This document shows, piece after piece, positions 1 to 10,690 of a stretch of DNA of 64,000 bases. The notes beneath the pieces were generated by a model. It searched no databases. It was not told the DNA's origin and worked only from the letters and a program-made list of their open reading frames with translations. Each line of letters begins with the position of its first letter. The stretch's first letter is position 1. Made by a program: the position numbers and the translations under genes. The stretch comes from Chrysemys picta bellii. Lineage: Eukaryota. Where the stretch lies: the NCBI RefSeq assembly GCF_011386835.1, contig NC_088803.1:33728001-33792000 (forward strand), in the 5' to 3' direction.

Positions 1-1513
1 CACTGAAGTCAATGAGAGTCTTTCCATTGTCTTCAGAGGGCCTTGGTTCAGTCCTTAAGTTAGTTGTTGAAAATGCTACACAAACATTATTGTAAACATC
101 AGTGGTCAAATTTACTCTTTGATTCATGAACACAACTCCTATTACACCAGATTCATAACTGTCCTGGTGCCCTCTTTTCGCCAACTAGTCTACAGAGATT
201 GTCCCAGGGGAGGGGCTTGCTTGAGTTGTAACCAGAGTATTCTTATACCTTGGCAGTTTTCTGCCCCTGAAGTGGCCTATAATGGCTATTGAAGCAGTGG
301 TGCAAATTAGAGCAGTTCTCAGGACTACCCTAACCTGTATGTGGGAGGTAAGCCAGCCTCAAGGAGTCCCAGAATAGTGCACGCACAACTGCCTGGCCCA
401 TTGATTTCAGTGTGAATTGCACCTGTGTATCTGAAGGAAGAAACCGGCTGATAATGTTTGGGACCAACATTGTAGAATAGTTTAATAAGGGCATTCAACC
501 ATTCTTCCAAGACCTCTGCTTTATCAGAAAGCAGGGACCAAATTTAGCTCTTAGTTACACGCATGCATCCCTACTGCCATGTGCAGGTAGCAGGATGTTC
601 AAGAGAAATAATTCCTGAAAGAGAATATGAGAGGATTTAAAATTTTGTCCCCCCGTCTCCCCCTCACACACACTGTGTTTAATTCAGTCATCTGTAAGCA
701 TTTTGGTAGGTCAGAAAAGCAGTTAAATAGCCTATCGTAAAATATTTGAGCAGTAATACCTGATAAAATCATCATTATCTTGGATTAATTGACCACATCA
801 GATAATTAAGGTTCCTGAGGCAAAGCTTTACCCCAAAGGAAGTTCAGTGATATTAGCACAGGGCTGCTGTAGGCAAGGTTGGTCTAGTGTTTCCATCATA
901 AGCCCTACTTTTCACAGGTTTGTAATTCTACCAGTAAAATGGATGTGGGCTGAAGTTAAATTCCTGATGATTTTGCTCTCTTATTTACAACAGCGATGAG
1001 GGTGGAGAGGGGAAGGATAGAAGTGTCATGGGCTAAGAATTTGGGTCCAGGTATGGAATGAAATTCAAGTATGGCTTCAATGTAACGAAGAAAAATGATA
1101 GCCCATAAACACAAGACTGTGCCCTCTGCTATACCCAGCCAAACGTGTAGGCATCACAAACAGGATAGAAACTGGCCTACAATCTCCTTGCCGTTGTGTG
1201 AGATTTTTTGAATTTGAAAAAAGATTTACAGCAGTCATGTCTGTTTACATACTGTGGGCCAAATCCTGCCCTCAGTTATTCCCACAGCTCCCATGTAGTT
1301 CTATGGGTGTAATTCAGGACAGAGTTTGCTCCACTGTATAATACAATGAGCTGGGATAGATGGTCCATAAGCTAGATATACTGATTGAGGGCCAGATTTG
1401 GATACCTTACTCGCATTAAGTCCCTTACTCCTCAAGTAGTCCCACTGAAATCACCGGGGTGAGGTACAAGTCAACGTAAAGCTACAAGAATCAGGCCTAG
1501 AATAGGTTATAAT

Positions 1514-1978
1514 TAAGGCTAAGATTTTGTCATGGTTATTTTTAGTAAAAGACATGGACACGTCACAGGCAATAAACAAAAATTCATGGAAGCCGTGACG
1601 TGTCTGTGACTTTTGCTGCTGCGGCTCCATGGTTTCTCCCACCACCATGGTGGCTGGGAGCTGTGGGGTTCCCCATCCACCCACTGTGTCTGGGAGCTGC
1701 AGGGTGACCATATTTCCCAAAGGAAAAACGGGACACCCACAGCTGCTTGCCTGAGGTATCCTCCTCCTCCGCGCAAGAGGCTGTCACCAGTTGCTGGAAC
1801 TTTGCAGGGGGTCCCCTGTCGTTGTTGTCGCCTGTCGCTGGAACCCTGCCAGGGCCCCACTGGCTGTCAGCTCTGGAATCCTGCAGCCCCTGGGGCTGAA
1901 GCAGAGAATGTCACAGAGGTCTCTGGAAGTCAAGGATTCTGTGACTTTCATGACCTCTGTGACATAAACGTAGCCTTA
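1514..1978. mobile_element. Non-autonomous hAT-type DNA transposon (MITE)
   Basis: TIRs TAAGGCTAAGATTTTGTCA / TAAGGCTACGTTTATGTCA (revcomp of right end); perfect 8-bp TSD GTTATAAT at 1506-1513 and 1979-1986; an 8-bp TSD is the hAT signature. Confidence 0.9.
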
Positions 1979-2317
1979 GTTATAATGGCTCAAAAGGGGC
2001 ATGTACCTATCTGTTGTAACATACAAACCATCGAACCCGGGATAGGGAGTATAGGCGCAGCCCTGAGAAGGAAGGGGCACAAAGAGATGCACAGAGGCTT
2101 TGGACTCATTAGTCTTAGATAACTACTTTGTTCTGTCTCCTTACATTGCTACTGGTGCTCTGTCTCGGCTTCACTGAAATGTGTTTGCTGTGTTTGCACC
2201 CTGTGACAAATAGGTACAAAACCACAAACCTCAATCTAAAGGAGAGTCCCCAGATTTTGGAACGCATTGGCTCGATCTTGTCTACTTATTAGGTCCCCAT
2301 TACTTACTGTCTGAGCA

Positions 2318-2525
2318 CTTCACCATCTTTAATGGACTATCGCTCACAACATGCTTGTGAGGCAGGGCAGTGCTAATATCTCCATTTTACAGATGGGGAG
2401 CTGAGGTACAGAGAGGCTAAATGACTTACCTAAGATCACATCGACAGTCTGTGCAAGAGTAGGGCACTGAACCCAAGTCTTCCAAATACCTGCCTAGCAC
2501 CTTAAACACTGAACCATCCCTCCTC
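2318..2525 (-). mobile_element. MIR-like CORE-SINE relic
   Basis: Contains CCATTTTACAGATGGGGAGCTGAGGTACAGAGAGGCTAAATGACTTACCTAAGATCACA, the reverse complement of the CORE-SINE core; boundaries approximate. Confidence 0.7.
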
Positions 2526-3660
2526 TGTTAGAGCTGGTGTGGAACTTCACAGATGACCCATTTATACAGCAGGCCACTCCACCCTTCTGGATTCAAACAC
2601 TCTCACCCACCTGAATATTGGGAGAGCTCAGACATGGATATTGTGTGGTTCGGGCCTCTTCCCAGTTTTGGGCAGAATAGTGTGTATTGTTTTTTCTTTA
2701 CAGTTTCTTTTTCCTGGGGTGAATAGCTCAAAACATTTTGGTTTTTGCTTTTGAAAACCTTGTACAATTTTTTTGCTGCATTTGCATTCTGATTTTTCTG
2801 AAGTGTCTTAATGAAAAATACATAGCAGAATACTCCATGCAAGTTGCCTACGATGCCAAAGATCAATAACAGTTTATTTGATCACTGACGGTGAATGCTC
2901 TTTCAATTAAGTAGGTCGCATAAATAACTCTCTGGTCCCAACATGATTTGGAAAGGTTGCGTGTGAAGTAAAATGGCTGGAGAGCCTCAGAATGATCGGT
3001 TGAGTGAAAAACTACTCAAATGCTTGGATGCGAAGCCAAACCTTATCAGGATCTCCTGACTCTGCCAAATTGGGTCTTGAAATCTCACTAAAATACATTT
3101 TCATGCAGATTTCTAGCATTTCCCTCTGTATAGGCAGGACAGCAGTTTCCTAAGAATAGCCTTTCTTACCATCTTTAACATTTTTGCTGCTTGTTCCAGC
3201 TGGAAACAGGATGTGGGATGCCCCCCAACAATTATAAATGACGGCAATCTTAAAAACTTTAACCAAATTTTTTCAAACTGCAAGAAAATTTCCAACCAAC
3301 TTTTGGGTGAAGATTCAAGTTGATCCCTGTTTTCTCTGGACTGGACCGCTGAACCCAACACCAGTGTTCTTCTGTGGTTTGCCAGGTGGAGGAGATTATA
3401 CCACTTACAATAACTTAACATTTCTGCATGGGACGATGCATGGTGACATTACATGCGCCAGATCCTCAAATGACAGAAATCCTTTTAGTTCCACTGAAGT
3501 CAATTTAGCTACACTGATGTACCACAGCTGAGGTTAGGGCCCCCTGTATCAGATAGGGAGTTTGCCTCATGCTTCACATATAATAAGTCTGGAAGATATA
3601 TCAGAATGTAACTTTTCACATAGGTCCCTTCTTTCTTCAATGCTTGAAAAAGACACAGGC

Positions 3661-3811
3661 TGCCTAAGAGATGGCAGGAGAGAGATCACTTGATCATTAC
3701 CTGTTAGGTTCACTCCCTCTGGGACACCTGGCATTGGTCACTGTCGGTAGTCAGGATACTGGGCTGGATGGACCTTTGGTCTGACCCAGAATGGCCGTTC
3801 TTATGTTCTTA
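3661..3811 (+). mobile_element. 5'-truncated CR1 LINE 3' end
   Basis: 3' UTR-like text ending GGCCGTTCTTATGTTCTTA, a short tandem tail typical of turtle CR1; recognised from recall. Confidence 0.7.
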
Positions 3812-3878
3812 ACCAACATGTATTTAAGACCTGAACCAAAATGATGGAGGCTGCATTCAGATACCTACTGAACTTTAA

Positions 3879-4902
3879 GGGTATTTCTACACTGCAATAA
3901 AACACCAGAGGCTGGCCTGTGTCAGCTGATGCAGGTTTGCAGGGCTCAGGCTGTGGGGATATAAACTGCAGTATAGACATCTGAGCTTGGGCTGGAGCCC
4001 AGGTTTTGGGACTGTCCCTGCTAGTGGGGTCCCAAAGCCCAGGCTCCAGCCCGAGCCCGAATGTCTACAGTGTACTTTTATAGCTCCACAGCCCAAGGCT
4101 GAGTCAGCTGACATGGGCCAACTGCAGGTGTTTTGTTGCAAGTGTAGACATACCTAGGGTTACCATATTTGACAAATAAAAAACAAGGACCCTCCATGGG
4201 GCCCTGGCCCCGCCCATTTCCCACCCAGCCCCGCCCCAACTCCGCCCCTTCCCTGCCCCAACTCTGCCCCCTCCTCCCTCCCATTCCCAGCCACGCGAAA
4301 AGGGCTGCCCGAGCGCTACCGGCTTCACGGTTGGCCGGGCAGCCCCCAGACCCTGCGCCCCCGGCCAGCGCTTCCCCAGCACAGCTGGAGCCCGGGAGGG
4401 GAAGCGCCCAGCTGGGGGCACAGGGTCTGGAGGCTGCCCGGCAAACCGTGAAGCCGGTAGCGCTCAGGCTTCGGGCAGCCCCTATGCCTCCGGACCCTGC
4501 GCCCCCGGCCAGGCACTTCCCCTCCCAGGCTCTGGCGGCGCAGGATCCGGAGGCATGGGGGCTGCCCAAAGCCCGTAGTGCTCGGCTCTTAAACAGAGCC
4601 GAAGAGTCAGGGGAGGAGCAGAGCCGCCGCGGCCGGAGCCCGGGAGGGGAAGTGCCCGGCTGGCGGCTGGGGTCCGGAGGCAAGGGGGCTGCCTGAAGCC
4701 CATAGCGCTCGGGCAGCTCGGCTCTTAAACAGAGCCGAAGAGTCAGGGGAGGAGCAGAGCAGCCGCGGGAGGGGAAGTGCCCGGCCGTCATTTTCCCGGA
4801 CATGTTCGGCTTTTTGGCAATTCCCCCCGGACGGGGGTTTGATTGCCGAAAAGCCGGACATGTCCGGGAAAAAACGGACGTATGGTATCCCTAGACATAC
4901 CA
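3879..4902. mobile_element. PIF/Harbinger-type MITE, interrupted in its right TIR by a hAT MITE
   Basis: Left end GGGTATTTCTACACT; right end rebuilt as AGTGTAGACATACCA; TAA on both flanks (3876-3878, 4903-4905); a 3-bp TWA TSD is the Harbinger signature. Confidence 0.8.
4155..4893. mobile_element. Young GC/CpG-rich non-autonomous hAT element
   Basis: TIRs TAGGGTTACCATA / TAGGGATACCATA; perfect 8-bp TSD GACATACC at 4147-4154 and 4894-4901; internal duplication CGGCTCTTAAACAGAGCCGAAGAGTCAGGGGAGGAGCAGAG present twice. Confidence 0.93.
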
Positions 4903-5974
4903 TAAAGATATTCAAAGTCCAAATGAGACCCAGAGCAACAGTTTGTAGTTAACCTTTCTCATTACAATAGAGTAAACCCAAAGCCTGGATCCAAACACCC
5001 CTGGATATTCAGGTGTTCCGAATGTAGATCAGAATTTTTTTAGCTCTCTTTCCAAGTTTTATTTTGGCTTTGCAAAGTGTGCTGCTGTCCTTTTTCCCTT
5101 GAATTTCTGCAATACGCTATTTCGGCAGAACCTTGTGGGGGAGGGCAGTGAGGGGAACAGATTTCACAGCTTCTGAGAAAAAGATCAGAGGCACCAACCT
5201 TGTTTAAAAATTCCCAAATCAATATAAATAAATAAATAAATGAAACCCCAGGAAACCCCCAACTTCACTAAGAAGCCCTCAGTTCAAAGATAGCTGTTCT
5301 GGGAGAAATCCACAGGATCTGCCTGTCAATAGAAACTAGGTTTGGTAAAGAAAAACATTTTTCTCACTGCCACTGAGAGATGAACAACTTTGTAACTGCA
5401 ATACAAGGTGAAACTTCAACCAGGTCTGTGGGATGCTAACGGGTACGGCGGAGGCGGCAGAGGAGGAGGAAGGTTCTCTTGCTGCAGATTGCTACTGTTT
5501 TGTCTCTGATCTGGCAAAGGCTGGTGCAAATGATAAATCATCAAGGCCTTGCAATGGGGCTATGTGCAGCTACAGGGGTCAAGATAGCCAGCGCAGCTGT
5601 CAGAATTGGACCCTAGGTTCTTATGACTTGAGCCTTATCCCGGGTCGTGCTAAACATCCTTAATTCTCAACGAAGTCAGCCTCACCACCTAGGAGGAGGC
5701 ATTCAACAAATTTCAGAATCAGGCTCAGAAAGGCTTTAATAAGAGTTTCATGCTCGGAGTGTTTACAGGTTCAGGTAATCTTTTCTCAATAGTGTTGCAT
5801 TGCCAGGTTTAAATTTACAAACTCATTGCTGCTGGGCTTTGGGACTGGATGGCTCAACATACTGACACTGGGACACAAAGTTTTGGCCTTCAAGGTACAA
5901 GCTTACATTCAGCCCAGTTCAGCAGTGACTGAATCTCATTACCATCTAATGACTGTTCGGCCTATGGAAAATGA

Positions 5975-6255
5975 GCCTGGGTTTGTCTATGCTGCAAAAA
6001 CACCCACGGCAGTGAGTCTCAGATCCCAGGGCTACAGACTTGAGTGTGTGGGGCTTGTGCTGTGGCACTAAAATTAGTGTAGATGTTTCCACTTGGGGTC
6101 TGAGACCCAGCAAGGGGGCTGGGTGTCAGAGCCCAAGCGGGAATGTCTACATGGCTATTTTTAGTGCTGTAGCACAAGGCCGAGGCTGTAGACCTGGGTT
6201 CTAAGACTTGCAGTCACAGGGTTGTTTTGTTTTTTTGCAGTGTAGACATATCCCC
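5975..6255. mobile_element. Degenerate Harbinger-type MITE
   Basis: Right end TGCAGTGTAGACATATCC and internal TCTACA/TGTAGA motifs resemble the 3879 element; left end eroded; TSD not resolved. Confidence 0.55.
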
Positions 6256-6589
6256 TGAGGTTTCATTGAGTTCCACGTCCCCAAAAGCATCATTATCTTT
6301 CAGGAACAGCAATTCTGCATGACCATTCCCAGCTTGAATTTCAGACCCTAGCCTGGGTCTCATTTACCCTGAAGCACATGGCGGATGGGTACACTTCTGC
6401 ACAGACCCAGAGGAGGCATGCAGATAACCCAGTGAACATGCCGTGGTTTCCACATGTGCAGAGCTTTGTGTGCAGACAGAGCCCAGCTTGCATGCCTGCA
6501 GCAGGCTATTTGAACATTGAAACTGGCTGCAAGCTAAAGTATACATTCAGTTTTGCACACACAGTTTTGAAAATTTGAGGTCATTGATG

Positions 6590-6810
6590 CTTAGGGTGAT
6601 GTAGTCTATAGAGCATTGGCCTGGGAGTCAAGAGGCCTGATGAGTTCCATTCCAGGTGCAGCCACTGACCCGTTGTGTGATCTTGGTCACTTTGCCTCTC
6701 CGTTCCTCGGTTTCCCCTCTTACTCTGTATCTTGCTTGTCTGTTTAGATAATTAATTGTTTGGGGGCGGTGATTGTCTCTCACTCTGTCTGTCCATGGCC
6801 TACCTCTCAT
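6590..6810 (+). mobile_element. MIR-like CORE-SINE relic
   Basis: tRNA-like head (GGGAGTCAAGAGGCCTG...GAGTTCCATTCC) followed by core-like TGTGTGATCTTGGTCACTTTGCCTCTCCGTTCCTCGGTTTCCCC; boundaries approximate. Confidence 0.6.
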
Positions 6811-6834
6811 ATTGCTCTCTTCCTCAGTACATCT

Positions 6835-6990
6835 CAAACCACTTTACTAAAGAAGTCAGTAACATAATTCCCATTTTACAGATGGGGAAACTGAGTCACA
6901 GAGTGGCACAGAGACTTGTGCAAGGTCACGCATCAGGCCAGTGGCAGAATCTGGAATTAGAACCCCGGTCTCCTGAGTCCTAAGATGGGG
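6835..6990 (-). mobile_element. MIR-like CORE-SINE relic
   Basis: CCCATTTTACAGATGGGGAAACTGAGTCACAGAG...CAAGGTCAC core in reverse orientation. Confidence 0.72.
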
Positions 6991-7304
6991 CTCTGATCCT
7001 GGCACAGGCCTCTAGGTGCCACCATAATACAAATCATAGTAATCGCATAGAACTTTTGAATCTTTTTCACATTTGCCCATAACTAATTTTATACTGCATA
7101 ACATAGTTGCCAATTGCTCAGGGAGACCTTCTATTCATCAACAGTTATGCCTAGAATTTTTTAAAACTAAAATAGCAACTGAAAAGGTACATTAAACAAA
7201 GTGAATTTAAATTGTTGGAAGTATTTTTTCCTTCTTCTTTCTCAAAGCTTATTACTAATTGGTATTTTTAGAGTAGAAATTCTTTTTCAGACACTAAAAT
7301 TAAT

Positions 7305-7391
7305 GGCCAGATCATCAGCTGGAGTGAATCAGCAAAGCTCCATTGAAATGAGTGAGTAGCACCTGATTTACTCCAGATGAGGTTCTTGCCC
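7305..7391. repeat. ~90-bp palindromic hairpin element (MITE-like)
   Basis: Left arm GGCCAGATCATCAGCTGGAGTGAATCAG matches the revcomp of right arm CTGATTTACTCCAGATGAGGTTCTTGCCC; central CTCCATTGAA motif; many relatives in the window. Confidence 0.7.
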
Positions 7392-7840
7392 AAGAGTTCA
7401 AATCTGGCTTTATTTTTTAAACTCAAAATTTAATTGCATTCTTAATCTTATACCCTGATCCTGCAAACGCTTAGACAAGATGGCAAGTTGATGCATCTGA
7501 GTTAATTCTATTGATGCCAGTGTGGCTAATCATGGGAGCAATATTCAGCTCATACGCAGGGCCGGCCCACAACATTTTGGCACCTGAGGCGGGGAGCTCA
7601 AATGACGCCCCCATGCCTCCTCGTTTGGGCCAAAACTTTGAAAGGTCTCAATTCTGCCTTCTTCCTGTTCTACTCCTCTCATGGTACTGCTCTGCTACCT
7701 ACCCCAATATAGGAGAACTAACAACTTTAAATGCATTGTTCAAAAATTTTAAGTAACACTTAACTTTCAAATGCCTGTACAGCAAATGTAACTTTTCTTG
7801 TCTGAATAGTAAACACTGGCATTTTTATCTGTTTGCATAA

Positions 7841-10690
7841 TCAAAGTGGTGCTATCCGTGCCTTCTTGGTTGCAAATATTTGAACTGCTTCCTGAAGGTC
7901 CACAGTCTGGGCCAGCTCATGCTCTATTGAGATGGTTGCAAGGCTGACCAGCCTCTCCTGTGTCATTGTGGAGCGTAGATGTGTTTTTATTAACTTCAGC
8001 TTGGAGAAGCTGCATTCTCCACTTGCAACTGTTACAGAAAGTGTTAGAAGTATGTGCAGAGCAACAAAAGCATTTGGAAAGAGGGTGGTCATCTTATTTG
8101 TGCACATATATTCCAGAACAGCCTTTGGAGTTGATCCTGCTGAAATGTATCTTGAGAGGGCTTTCAGTTCATCACCTAAATCACTCGCATCAATATCGCA
8201 CATGTCATCATGTGTCAACCCTGTCTCTAGTGCCCTGCATTGCTGGTATAGGTCTTCTTCAGGTATAGTGAGGAGTTTTGGAATATCATACAACATCCCA
8301 AATATACTTCTGTGTTCCTTGAGCTTCATGAAACGTTCTTCAACTGACTGTATTGCACAACCTAGCACCCCGATAAAGAATTCAACTTTGAATTGTTGTT
8401 TGGGGTCTCTTATGGGATTATCCCGTGCCTCGTAATCAAAATGTCTTCTTCTTTGGTGACTCTTGTATTCTTGAATGGGTGGGAAAATAGCTTCAGTGTG
8501 AAGTTCCTCTGCCAACTTCTGTGCACTCTTCAGAATGTTTTGAAATCCGTCATCTGAACAGTAAGACTGTAGGTATGACTTTGCTTTGTCCAGTTGTTCC
8601 ATTGCGCCAGATATATCAAGGTCAACACCTTGGAGTCTCTTGCTTACAACATTTATTTTAAACAGTATGTCATGCCACAACATTAAGCCACACAGAAATG
8701 TGAAGGTATGTATGTTTCTGATGATTCCATTTCCCTCTGCCACTGTTCTCCCACGAACAGATCCTGTCATAGCGTTATCCACCATAATGGCAATTATGGC
8801 ATCATCTGTTTTCCCAATTTGGTGTTTGATAGGCTTTATCGCTTCCACTCGACTTTCCCATCGTGTGGCACCCAGTGGTTCCAGTGTCAGAGAGGATGTT
8901 CCCAGATGTTGCTTCAAAATTTGCCATCGATGAGTTGATGCAGAGAAAAATACATAGATGCTTTGAATTACATTTAAAAAAATTCAGCAGCCTCACTAGA
9001 AGCTGATGCTGTATTACTGACCACCAAGTTCAATGAATGAGAACTGCATGGGACAAAAAAAGCTCGAGGGTTTAACTCTCGGATCCGTGTCTGCACTCCT
9101 CTTTTCTTTCCTCTCACATTGGCACCATTATCGTAGCCCTGACCTCTCACATCAGCTATTGCAATTCCCGTATCTTCCAGCTTTTTAAGAAGCACATTTG
9201 TCATACCAGCTCCTGTAGTATCATCAATGTCAATAAATTCTAGAAAATGCTCTCTGACAATCACTATTGCAGGGACATTTTCACTAGGTTCTGTTGTTGT
9301 TACAAAACGCACCATTAAAGTCATATGTTCCATATGGCTGATGTCAGGTGTGCAGTCCAGAATAACAGAGTAATATCTTGCTGACTTCAGATCTGCCACA
9401 ATCTTCTGTTTGACTTTTGTTGCCAGTAACTGTATGATATCATTTTGAATTGTTTTTCCAAGGTAGTGGTGTGTGTACATTTCTTGGGTGGTGACGCTTC
9501 TTAACCCAGGTCTACACTAGCGGGGGGGTTGACCTAAAATATGCAACTTCAGCTACGCAAATAGCTGGCTGTGAGGACGGCGGCGAGTCGACCGCTGCCG
9601 CTCCCCCGTCAACTCCGCTTCCGCCTCTCGCGAGCTGGAGTTCCGGAGTCGATGGGCAGCGCGATCGGGGATCGATTTTATCATGTCTACACTAGACGCA
9701 ATAAATCGACCCTTGATAGATCGATCACTACCCGCTGATCCAGCGGGTAGTGAAGATCTGCCCTTAGTTGCTCCTGGAGTACAGCATCAAACTCAGCCAT
9801 CAGCTCCACAATTTTAAGGAAGTTTCCATTGTTTGGCACATACAGCTGATCTGAAGTGCCACACAGTGCTAGGTTTTGGGTAGCAAGCATTCTCACAATG
9901 GCAATGAGCCTTTTCAGAACATTTTGCCAGTAAAGAGACTCTGATGCAGTCTTCTCTTGATTCTGATCATCTATGGTGGCCTTTAACCTTAGTCTCAGCT
10001 CAAGCTCTTTCCACCTATGGAATGCTCTCTGATGATTTGCTGCCTTCTCATGGAATGCCAGATTTCTAGCCAGATTTTTCCAGTCCTTTGTTCCTGTAGA
10101 ACCCAATGTGGCTGCAACATTAGACTGGAAGAGTTTGCAACAAAAACAGTATGCAGCATTCTGGGTTTCTGAGTACATAAGCCATGGCCTCTCCACTTTG
10201 TCACCATTGGGGATTTCACACCAGTAATGTGTTGGATGGAATCTTCTATTTTCATTGTCTTTGGGGAACATGAAGTTTTCCATTTGCTGTGGCCCATGCA
10301 GTACAAGGAAGTCCCTCAGGCTACTGCTCAAGTGGGTCCACAGTCCTGGATCATCTAGACTTAAGGAACTAAACTCAGCAGCAGCTGTTTCTTGCGCCTC
10401 CGCCACACTCTTCTCTGATCTACACTTTTCTTCAGGAATGTGCATGGTTACATCCATTTGAGATGGAGATATGGATGCTGCAGTAGCTGCCAGGTCACCT
10501 GCACTCTGACTAACTGGAAGATCAGGCATCTCCTCACCACTCACATCCTCACTGGGGCCAGAAGGCTCACCGTGAACATTTGTGTCTATGTATCTCAGGA
10601 GAGCTCTTCCTGCTTAGATAGAAAAGTTTCCTTTGCTTTCTTTCTTTTTTTGAATGCTGCCCCAGAGGGGCGTTTTCTTCTTTCACTCAT
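7841..10690 (-). pseudogene. Disrupted hAT transposase (TTF-type zinc finger, DUF4371-like region, RNase H-like DDE core, hATC dimerisation domain)
   Basis: The ORF pieces 9687-10544, 8974-9480 and 7841-8917 carry PWLMYS...YCFCCKLF (zinc finger), YYSVILDCTPD (first D), GQGYDNGAN (second D), PCSSHSLNLVV (CxxH), ATRWESR, and SVTVASGECSFSKLKLIKTHLRSTMTQERL (catalytic E, hATC). The probable start is ATG 10690 (MSERRKRPSGAAFKKRKK, basic NLS-like). It is broken by a ~1-bp deletion near 10606, a MITE at 9504-9763 and a 2-bp insertion at 8973-8982. Confidence 0.93.
9504..9763. mobile_element. CpG-rich PIF/Harbinger-type MITE inserted in the transposase
   Basis: TTA TSD at 9501-9503 and 9764-9766; termini CAGGTCTACACTA / CAGATCTTCACTA; removing it plus one TSD restores the frame ...LQEQLRSVTTQEMYTHHYLGK. 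Confidence 0.92.

Noticed and set aside
282-353. Short first exon MAIEAVVQIRAVLRTTLTCMWE ending GAG/GTAAGC
   Set aside because: A good donor and a 22-codon open frame arise readily by chance; no promoter features or recognisable peptide.
2025-2210. Small LTR (TGTTGTAAC...GTGACA)
   Set aside because: No matching TSD and too short to support the call.
4078-4915. Long Pro/Ala/Gly-rich ORFs (up to 241 aa) and a CpG-island-like peak
   Set aside because: They lie within a GC-rich hAT MITE; stop codons are rare in GC-rich repeats, and the CpG content reflects youth of the element, not a promoter.
7932-8938. Plus-strand ORFs of 76-167 aa opposite the transposase
   Set aside because: Antisense shadows of a real coding frame; no recognisable motifs.
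7841-10690. Domesticated ZMYM1-like or other host zinc-finger gene
   Set aside because: The domains resemble such genes, but the ORF is intronless, bounded by TIRs and a perfect TSD, and broken by three lesions; it is a transposon copy.
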